The notes under the pieces: generated by a model | Databases searched by the model: none | What the model was told of the DNA's origin: nothing | What the model saw: the letters and a program-made list of their open reading frames with translations, nothing else | Translations under genes and position numbers: made by a program | Part shown: positions 22,830 to 27,914 of the stretch, one piece after another | Layout of the letters: every line of letters begins with the position of its first letter | How positions within the stretch are numbered: the stretch's first letter is position 1 | Source of the DNA: a virus | Direction: 5' to 3' (one strand) | DNA length: 27,914 bases | IMG/VR virus record: IMGVR_UViG_3300045988_111768

Positions 22830-22884
22830 CCCCCCACCTGAGTTGTACTTGCTTTGGGCAGTCCCGAAGCCCTCTAGTGGGGGG
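22830..22884. other. Long-range GC stem (CCCCCCAC ... GTGGGGGG) enclosing 39 nt, flanked by T/A runs on both sides
   Basis: Read directly in the non-coding island downstream of the loader gene. In minus sense ATTTTTAT follows it. The loop is too large for a textbook intrinsic terminator. Confidence 0.4.
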
Positions 22885-22997
22885 TGCTTTTCCTATGCAC
22901 AACTACATGTGCAGGAGACGCATAGCTGTAATCTTACCAGACAGACAAGAGAATCATGCCACTTGTCACGTTGGATACACAAAACGTTCACACGCAA

Positions 22998-23840
22998 TCA
23001 CAGGCCAAGCAATGACTTCGCGCTCATAATATTGCGCTCCATCTTGCGAGTGCGCCTATCCGCTCCAGTCACCTCGATAGGAACACACATCTCCTTAAGA
23101 CGGGAGTAGACGCGCTGGCGTCGAATGTCTGCGGGGTCGGCAAGCTCGCCAATGGTGAGGTTGGTGGTGACGACTATTGGCAGGCCACTACGATACCGTG
23201 CGTCGATGATGGTCATGACCTGTTCCCATACATACTCAGTGTTCCGTTCAACGGCCATGTCATCGATTACGAGCAGGTCGAAACGGCTCAGATTGTCGAT
23301 GTATTTCTGTCGCCCGTCGAAGCTCTCTTGCAGCCTGTTGATGATGCGGGTGAAATTGGTCATCATGCACGGTGTGCCATTGTCTATCAGGGCGTTGGCT
23401 ATGCACGCTGCCGCGAAGCTCTTACCGCAGCCTACGTTACCGTAGAGCATCAGCCCGGTGCCGTTTGAGCGCATGGCATCGAAATTAGCCACGTACTTGC
23501 GTGCGATGCCCATAAGATTGGTGTTGCCGCCATCATCATTAGCAAACGTCCATTTGCGCATCTCGGCGTCTGGGAAGCCGGTACGTCGCATACCGTCCAA
23601 GTATTGCATTCGGTCGCGCTTGCGTTTTTCCTCGGCTTCGATGCGATTATGCTCTACGACGCATTTGCACGCGCATGACAACACCTTTATCTTGCCAAGA
23701 AACGGCTGGCGTACCTGCTTTTGCGTGTGGCATTTGCCGCACATAAGCAGCCCGTCCGCATTACGGTAGTCGCCTTCCTGTTCGGCGTATTGTTGTGCGG
23801 CACGTGCCGCGATACTGCCAAAAACGTTGTTCGATTCCAT
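22998..23840 (-). CDS. DnaC/IstB-like AAA+ helicase loader with an N-terminal Cys-rich zinc-finger region
   Basis: Walker A is GNVGCGKSFAAAC and Walker B is FDLLVIDDM. The N-terminal cluster is CGKCHTQKQ...LSCACKC. Confidence 0.85.
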   Translation of the reverse strand: MESNNVFGSIAARAAQQYAEQEGDYRNADGLLMCGKCHTQKQVRQPFLGKIKVLSCACKCVVEHNRIEAEEKRKRDRMQYLDGMRRTGFPDAEMRKWTFANDDGGNTNLMGIARKYVANFDAMRSNGTGLMLYGNVGCGKSFAAACIANALIDNGTPCMMTNFTRIINRLQESFDGRQKYIDNLSRFDLLVIDDMAVERNTEYVWEQVMTIIDARYRSGLPIVVTTNLTIGELADPADIRRQRVYSRLKEMCVPIEVTGADRRTRKMERNIMSAKSLLGL

Positions 23841-23856
23841 TGCTTGTATCTCCTTT

Positions 23857-24672
23857 TCATGCCTTGAATTGGCTCATGAGTTCCATTGCCCTGTCACGTT
23901 CGGCCTGTGTTTCGCGTCGGTCGGCGGGGAGGGTAACGGCCTGCGCCTGCTGCTTATAGCCTTGGCTTTGGTAGGTTTTGATGGGATAAAACGCGTTCCA
24001 GCCACGACGGATTACCTCGGAAAGATAATCATCTACACTCATGTTGCTTTGCGCTGCATAGGCATCTAGCTTGTCGATATTGCGCTTGATCGCGTTGTCT
24101 GTCATTGCCGCTCGTTTCGCCTTACGGTTTTGCAACCACTCGCCTAAAAGCTCTTTAGTGGTGGCATTGGACGTGTAGGCATCAATAATCGCGTCGAAGC
24201 TATGACGCTTTCTTTCTTTCTTTTTTACAGAGGTGTTTACACCAGAGGTTACACATGTGTTTATATCTGGTATAGGTTCGTCATTTTTGACACTTTGATT
24301 TGTCACATCTGACATTTCCATTTGTCGTTTTTGACAAATGGATGTGTCAATACCGAACAATGCTTCTGACTTTTCCGTAAGTGTGTACCATTGCGTTCTG
24401 TCGTAAGCCGATTTATTGTAATTGCCTACGATAATCAACCCTTCTTCCCTAAGCTTGTCCAAGGCCGTGCGAATACCGCGTGCCTTGATATACGGAAACA
24501 GCTCCTCGAACGCCTTCATACTATTGAACGTCCAGTAATGCCCATCGTGGTAGTTTTCCTCGTTTGCCTTGTTGTGCTCGCACCAATGCGCGATGTTCTC
24601 CAAGATGATAGCGGCGTTAACGCCGACCATTTGAGCAACTTCAACATCGAAGACATGTTTTTTCATAATCAA
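23857..24672 (-). CDS. Replication initiation or replisome organiser protein (N-terminal winged-helix-like domain plus DnaD-like C-terminal domain)
   Basis: The C-terminal segment LGEWLQNRKAKRAAMTDNAIKRNIDKLD...SEVIRRGWNAFYP resembles the DnaD/DnaB_2 domain. It lies directly upstream of the loader gene. A TTG start at 24672 sits 6 nt after AAGGA; the alternative is ATG at 24666. Confidence 0.75.
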   Translation of the reverse strand: MIMKKHVFDVEVAQMVGVNAAIILENIAHWCEHNKANEENYHDGHYWTFNSMKAFEELFPYIKARGIRTALDKLREEGLIIVGNYNKSAYDRTQWYTLTEKSEALFGIDTSICQKRQMEMSDVTNQSVKNDEPIPDINTCVTSGVNTSVKKKERKRHSFDAIIDAYTSNATTKELLGEWLQNRKAKRAAMTDNAIKRNIDKLDAYAAQSNMSVDDYLSEVIRRGWNAFYPIKTYQSQGYKQQAQAVTLPADRRETQAERDRAMELMSQFKA

Positions 24673-24693
24673 TTACCATCCTTTGGTAAAAAT

Positions 24694-24793
24694 AATCCCG
24701 CCACCTTCCGATTCTCGTCCAATCAGAGGGTAGCGGGATTGTCGCGTTAGGTTATGACCCATCACGTTCGATGGGACGAGCATCTAACGCGAC
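24694..24793. promoter_or_regulatory. Two abutting perfect inverted repeats in the leader or control region of the replication operon
   Basis: AATCCCGC (24694-24701) pairs with GCGGGATT (24733-24740). GTCGCGTTAG (24741-24750) pairs with CTAACGCGAC (24784-24793), with a nested CCCATC-acgttc-GATGGG (24758-24775). Confidence 0.7.
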
Positions 24794-24803
24794 GTTGCTT
24801 ACT

Positions 24804-24832
24804 ATTATACACGATGTTTTAGGTTCCCTTGT
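24804..24832 (-). promoter_or_regulatory. Candidate leftward promoter of the replication operon
   Basis: A perfect TATAAT on the minus strand lies at 24804-24809, in the context cgtgTATAAT shared with the tRNA promoter. The -35 is weak (ACAAGG/GACAAG). Confidence 0.45.
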
Positions 24833-24890
24833 CGGCGTGTCCATTATGCAGACACGTGCCGTATTGGCTTCAATCAGCCGCGACACGCCG
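24833..24890. promoter_or_regulatory. Inverted repeat of the cassette motif: CGGCGTGTC (24833-24841) and GACACGCCG (24882-24890), with a related GACACGTGCCG between them
   Basis: Read directly in the divergent rep/ssb intergenic region. It is the same 9-mer as in cassettes B-E. Confidence 0.6.
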
Positions 24891-24950
24891 AAGTCTATGC
24901 CACGTAGTAACGTTGGAAACGTCCAAAAAAACAACCGAAAGGAACACACC

Positions 24951-25379
24951 ATGAACGACCCGCGAATCATCATCGAAAAAGGCCGACTCACCGGCGAACC
25001 GGAAATAAAGCAGACCAAGACAGGCAAGACAATGCTTGTCTTCACAGTCGCCGGTAACGGATCGCATAAGGACAAGACCACAGGCGAATACGTGAATGAT
25101 TGCCAGATTTTCGTGCGCTGCACCATCTGGGATACCGCACTGTTCCCCAGCATGCAGCAGCTGCTGCACAAGGGTACTTTGGTGCGTCTTGACACGGCTT
25201 TCGACTATCAGGTGCGCGACGGACGCGACGGCGTGCCACACGTGTACTTTGATGCGAAATTCCCCGAAATTTCGGTGCTCCCGTCGAAGTCCAAGCAGCA
25301 GGCACCGCAGCAGTCCTACCAGTCCGCAGCTGCACCACAGGCGGCTGCTGGCGGCGACCCGTGGGGAACGGAATTCTGA
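24951..25379 (+). CDS. ssb: Single-stranded DNA-binding protein
   Basis: ATG at 24951 after GAAAGGAA. The OB-fold start pattern is IIIEKGRLTGEPEIKQTKTGKTMLVFTVAGN. A Gln/Ala/Pro-rich tail ends in DPWGTEF (acidic/aromatic tip). Confidence 0.85.
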   Translation: MNDPRIIIEKGRLTGEPEIKQTKTGKTMLVFTVAGNGSHKDKTTGEYVNDCQIFVRCTIWDTALFPSMQQLLHKGTLVRLDTAFDYQVRDGRDGVPHVYFDAKFPEISVLPSKSKQQAPQQSYQSAAAPQAAAGGDPWGTEF

Positions 25380-25397
25380 TAGGCAGGAGCTGAGACT

Positions 25398-25865
25398 ATG
25401 GAACAGGAACTGAGAATAGAAGCCATTGGAATGCGCCCCGCGCCCAAAGGCTCATACCGTTTCATTCGCGGCCATGCCATCCCGATGAGCAAGCGTGAGA
25501 AGCCGTGGCGAACGATGGTCAAGACTGCGGCACGTGCCGCGATGATTGATAAGGACTGGTGTCACGTCGAAAAACCCGACTTCGTATGTGTCTGCATCGC
25601 CTTCCGCATCAAAGCGCCGAAGCGTCTTATCGAGAGTGCCGGAACCGTACACCCTTGCGCTGCTCCGACTAATCCGCCCGACATCGACAAGCTTGCCCGT
25701 TGCGTGCTGGACGCTCTCACTGATGCGGGTGTGTGGTGCGATGATTCGCAGGTGTGCGAGCTGCATTGCAGTAAGTGCTACGTGCCTACCGCCGAAGAAG
25801 AGGGTGCAGCAATTACCGTCTTTCATTGCGAGGGCGGCGTAGTGGAGACTGAAGAGTGGAAGTGA
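25398..25865 (+). CDS. rusA: RusA-like Holliday junction resolvase
   Basis: RPAPKGS near the N-terminus and PDIDKLARCVLDALTDAGVWCDDSQV are RusA-family signatures. Confidence 0.8.
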   Translation: MEQELRIEAIGMRPAPKGSYRFIRGHAIPMSKREKPWRTMVKTAARAAMIDKDWCHVEKPDFVCVCIAFRIKAPKRLIESAGTVHPCAAPTNPPDIDKLARCVLDALTDAGVWCDDSQVCELHCSKCYVPTAEEEGAAITVFHCEGGVVETEEWK

Positions 25866-25874
25866 GTTTGAAAA

Positions 25875-26012
25875 ATGAAGAGATTTCTTAGGGAATTGCC
25901 GAGGGTGCTCGGCGCACTGCTTGGCTGGCTTGCGCTGTGCGCTGCATCGCTGCTGTTTGTCCTTGCCGTCGTTGCTTTGGCTAAAGTCCTGTGGATGGTG
26001 GTTGCAATATGA
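25875..26012 (+). CDS. Small hydrophobic protein (45 aa, below the ORF-track cutoff)
   Basis: Translation is MKRFLRELPRVLGALLGWLALCAASLLFVLAVVALAKVLWMVVAI. Its stop overlaps the next start (ATGA at 26009-26012). Confidence 0.45.
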   Translation: MKRFLRELPRVLGALLGWLALCAASLLFVLAVVALAKVLWMVVAI

Positions 26013-26248
26013 GCCGGAGACGTGACCTAAGTATGCAGGCCATGCTTACGCAGATTGAGCTTATGTCAAGGCCGCATGTTATCGTTGATTTGCATAATCC
26101 AGAGATTCACCGCATGGTGCAGGAATTCCGCCGACCTAAGGCGAAGTGGGAGCGGCCTTTGCAGCATAAGTGGGCGCAGCCGCACGACTTGCAGGACGTG
26201 CCAGACCGGTATTCGGAAGCGTGGAGTCCTATGGAGCTTTTCGACTGA
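26009..26248 (+). CDS. Hypothetical protein (79 aa)
   Basis: ATG at 26009 is coupled to the upstream micro-ORF. No motif was recognised. Confidence 0.5.
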   Translation: MSRRRDLSMQAMLTQIELMSRPHVIVDLHNPEIHRMVQEFRRPKAKWERPLQHKWAQPHDLQDVPDRYSEAWSPMELFD

Positions 26249-26258
26249 CCATGATACG

Positions 26259-26295
26259 ACACCCCTAGCCCTAAGTGGTTGGGGGTGTTTTGTTG
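26259..26295 (+). terminator. Rho-independent terminator separating the rightward early operon from the packaging genes
   Basis: ACACCCC..GCC-ctaagt-GGT..GGGGTGT followed by TTTGTTG. Confidence 0.6.
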
Positions 26296-26363
26296 TCTGT
26301 GGCTTCCGGTAAAATCGAAAACATAAGGCAATAAGCGTGATAACCACGATTGGAGGTAAAGGA

Positions 26364-26726
26364 ATGGCAAAAAAGGGAGTTGTGCGTAACCCGACTGGTA
26401 AAGGCGGTTTTGGGGATCACCCGGAGAACGCGGCACACGGCAGGTGGAATAGTGCCGACTCGTATTCGTACAATGTGCAGAAGTATGGCCGTATGACCGA
26501 TATCGAACTTCAGGAGATAATTTTGAAGTCGAAGTCGGGCGAGTTGACACAGTTTCAGAAGGCCGCTTTGCAAACCGTCCTCGATATGAACGGCAAGGAC
26601 GGTTGGAAGAAGCTTGTCGATACGGTAGACAGGTGCGACGGGCGTGCCATGCAGCCGGTTGAAAACCATATCGACTACACTCCGCCGACCATTAATGTGC
26701 AGTTCGTGGGTGATGATAATGACTGA
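26364..26726 (+). CDS. terS: Terminase small subunit (candidate)
   Basis: ATG at 26364 after GGAGGTAAAGGA. The N-terminal basic segment is KKGVVRNPTGKGGFGDHPEN. The size (120 aa) and position upstream of terL fit a small terminase. No decisive motif was found. Confidence 0.55.
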   Translation: MAKKGVVRNPTGKGGFGDHPENAAHGRWNSADSYSYNVQKYGRMTDIELQEIILKSKSGELTQFQKAALQTVLDMNGKDGWKKLVDTVDRCDGRAMQPVENHIDYTPPTINVQFVGDDND

Positions 26727-27033
26727 TCGTGACTGTTTCTTCATTCGTGATTATGTCGAAGACAGGTGTTTTGGTTTTGATAAGGCTGATTGGCCTTACA
26801 CTGGTGGCGCTCAGCATGCGGATGCCATTAGCCTGCGTTTCGGCAGGTGTGTCGCTGACTATTGCAAAGCGCATTCCATCACGCTCACTAAATCACGATA
26901 CGTCGACCCATTGACAGGGTATAGGACTGGGTTAATGCGCGTAGTACCCGAGTATCTACGTCCACTTGTAGATAGCCTGTGGTATGATTGGGCTAAGAAA
27001 CATTCTGAATATTTCGGAGGGAACGCCGTATGA
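26719..27033 (+). CDS. Hypothetical protein (104 aa) between terS and terL
   Basis: ATG at 26719 overlaps the terS stop. No motif was recognised. Confidence 0.55.
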   Translation: MTDRDCFFIRDYVEDRCFGFDKADWPYTGGAQHADAISLRFGRCVADYCKAHSITLTKSRYVDPLTGYRTGLMRVVPEYLRPLVDSLWYDWAKKHSEYFGGNAV

Positions 27034-27034
27034 T

Positions 27035-27062
27035 TTGAGTCTGACCAGTGTCCGTGTATAAT
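27035..27062 (+). promoter_or_regulatory. Sigma-70-like promoter upstream of the tRNA
   Basis: TTGAGT (27035-27040), a 16-bp spacer, then TATAAT (27057-27062). This is the best canonical promoter match I see in the window. Confidence 0.55.
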
Positions 27063-27125
27063 TGATTATTGGAATTCGTTCATAACAAAAAGCGCGCACT
27101 ATTCGGCTTGTCGTATGGTGCGCAT

Positions 27126-27210
27126 TGGAGCGTTGCACGAGTGGCTTAAGTGGGCACCCTGCTAAGGTGCTAACCGATAATGGTTCAGGGGTTCGAATCC
27201 CTTACGTTCC
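27126..27210 (+). tRNA. tRNA-Ser(GCU): tRNA-Ser, anticodon GCU, with a long variable arm and no encoded CCA
   Basis: Folded by hand. Acceptor GGAGCGT/ACGTTCC (7 bp, one G-T). D-stem CAC/GTG with GG in the loop. Anticodon stem GCACC/GGTGC with loop CTGCTAA. 16-nt variable arm (AACC/GGTT stem). T-arm AGGGG-TTCGAAT-CCCTT. Discriminator G. Confidence 0.85.
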
Positions 27211-27322
27211 GCGATGCCCGGCGGTTATGGCGGCTGGCGGGTATTGGCTGCTTGCGCGTTTCGGCTCCTTTCCTCGCAGGCAGCCGGTTTGGTGATAAAG
27301 CCTTCACATTGTGGAGGTTGGT

Positions 27323-27356
27323 AGCCCCTAGTCTTCGGGCTGGGGGCTATTCTTGT
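27323..27356 (+). terminator. Hairpin with UUCG tetraloop and T-rich tail, 11 nt upstream of the terL ATG
   Basis: AGCCCCTAGTC-ttcg-GGCTGGGGGCT (11-bp stem with two G-T pairs) followed by attcttgtatt. Confidence 0.55.
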
Positions 27357-27359
27357 ATT

Positions 27360-27914
27360 ATGGTCGATTTGAGTATTCCAGCGGCGTATGAGCCGCTATT
27401 ATGGTGGACTCGCTCAAGTGTCCCGCCCTATCGTTATTATGTGTATGAGGGCGGTCGAAGCTCAGGCAAGACAACCACCATATGCCAGTCTCTCGTATTG
27501 CGTGGCGCTGTAACGCCGATTCGCGTCCTGTGCGCTAGGGAGTTCCAAAACTCCATCAGCGAGAGCGTTAAAAAGAGCCTTGAAGCAGCTATAAAGACGC
27601 TTGGCCTAGGCGGCTACACCATTACCAACGACGCTATCACGCACATCAATGGCACGTCGTTTATCTTCAAGGGCTTGCATATCGACGCGGAAACAACCGT
27701 CAAGGGTCTAGAGGGTATCGACGTGTGCTTCATCGATGAAGCACAGTTCATTAGCAAGCATTCGCTTGACATCCTGCTGCCGACCATCCGAAAAGAGGGC
27801 AGTACGATTATCTTCGCGCTTAACCCTTTGACCCCGGCTGATGAGGTTATGACCCGTTTCGTGACAAAACCAAACCGAGAAGTAAAGTCGCGTACCGTGC
27901 ATAGGCACGTGACC
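27360..27914 (+). CDS. terL: Terminase large subunit, N-terminal ATPase part (3'-truncated by the window end; continues at base 142 through the circular junction)
   Basis: MVDLSIPAAYEPLLWW...YVYEGGRSSGKT (Walker A) ... DVCFIDEAQF (Walker B-like). The frame stays open to the window end and is in phase with 1-873. Confidence 0.85.
   Translation, partial: MVDLSIPAAYEPLLWWTRSSVPPYRYYVYEGGRSSGKTTTICQSLVLRGAVTPIRVLCAREFQNSISESVKKSLEAAIKTLGLGGYTITNDAITHINGTSFIFKGLHIDAETTVKGLEGIDVCFIDEAQFISKHSLDILLPTIRKEGSTIIFALNPLTPADEVMTRFVTKPNREVKSRTVHRHVT
27774..27914. repeat. Terminal overlap, identical to 1-141
   Basis: See feature 1-141. Confidence 0.95.

Noticed and set aside
22496-23109. ORFs 22684-23109 (+), 22571-22825 (+), 22590-22802 (+) and 22496-22729 (-) overlap the non-coding island.
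   Set aside because: They read through a rho-independent terminator, a promoter cassette or the antisense of the loader gene. They have no SD and their composition is implausible. The region is better explained as non-coding and structured.
26296-26363. A late promoter could lie upstream of terS (TAAAAT at 26310-26315).
   Set aside because: The candidate -35 hexamers (TTGTTG, TTGTCT) lie only 11-14 bp away. That spacing does not fit a sigma-70-type promoter, so I have not annotated it.
27213-27359. terL could start at an upstream in-frame ATG at 27213, since the frame is open through this whole interval.
   Set aside because: The extension would start 3 nt after the tRNA and run through the terminator-like hairpin. 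It would add a hydrophobic, Gly-rich 49-aa peptide with no resemblance to terminase N-termini. The ATG at 27360 places the Walker A motif at the usual distance from the N-terminus.

Overview
This window is a complete tailed dsDNA phage genome, siphovirus-like with an HK97-fold capsid. Bases 1-141 are identical to 27774-27914, so the unique length is 27,773 bp and the junction falls inside the large terminase gene. All product calls come from reading motifs in the translated ORFs; no database search was run. The plus-strand late arm runs terS, an unknown gene, tRNA-Ser(GCU), terL, a portal-MuF fusion, a Com-like zinc ribbon, a protease-scaffold-capsid fusion, head-tail joining genes, major tail protein, two chaperone-position genes, tape measure, distal tail and tip proteins, and a lysis cassette (to about 15.7 kb). 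A convergent minus-strand early arm (15.8-24.7 kb) carries a DnaD-like replication organiser, a DnaC/IstB-like loader, a C5 cytosine methyltransferase, Erf, a YqaJ-type exonuclease, a glutaredoxin-like protein, an HTH protein and many small unknown genes. A short plus-strand early operon (ssb, rusA, two small genes) diverges from it at about 24.7-24.95 kb. No integrase, CI-like repressor, CRISPR array or transposase was recognised. SD sequences (AAGGA/GGAGG), GC-rich U-less hairpins and overall GC richness suggest a high-GC Gram-positive host, possibly Bifidobacterium-like, at low confidence. The main result is regulatory structure in the early arm. Five near-identical promoter-plus-leader cassettes carry a recurring cGGCGTGTCG motif. 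Three of them drive small, mostly acidic proteins (two clear paralogs), each followed by a perfect GC hairpin; these are candidate anti-defence genes, one lying directly upstream of the HTH gene in an acr-aca-like layout. Other points worth checking are a methyltransferase with an internally duplicated target-recognition module, a 300-bp non-coding island with a promoter/terminator-bounded sRNA candidate, twin perfect hairpins in the divergent control region, and an AT-rich repeat island between terL and portal.
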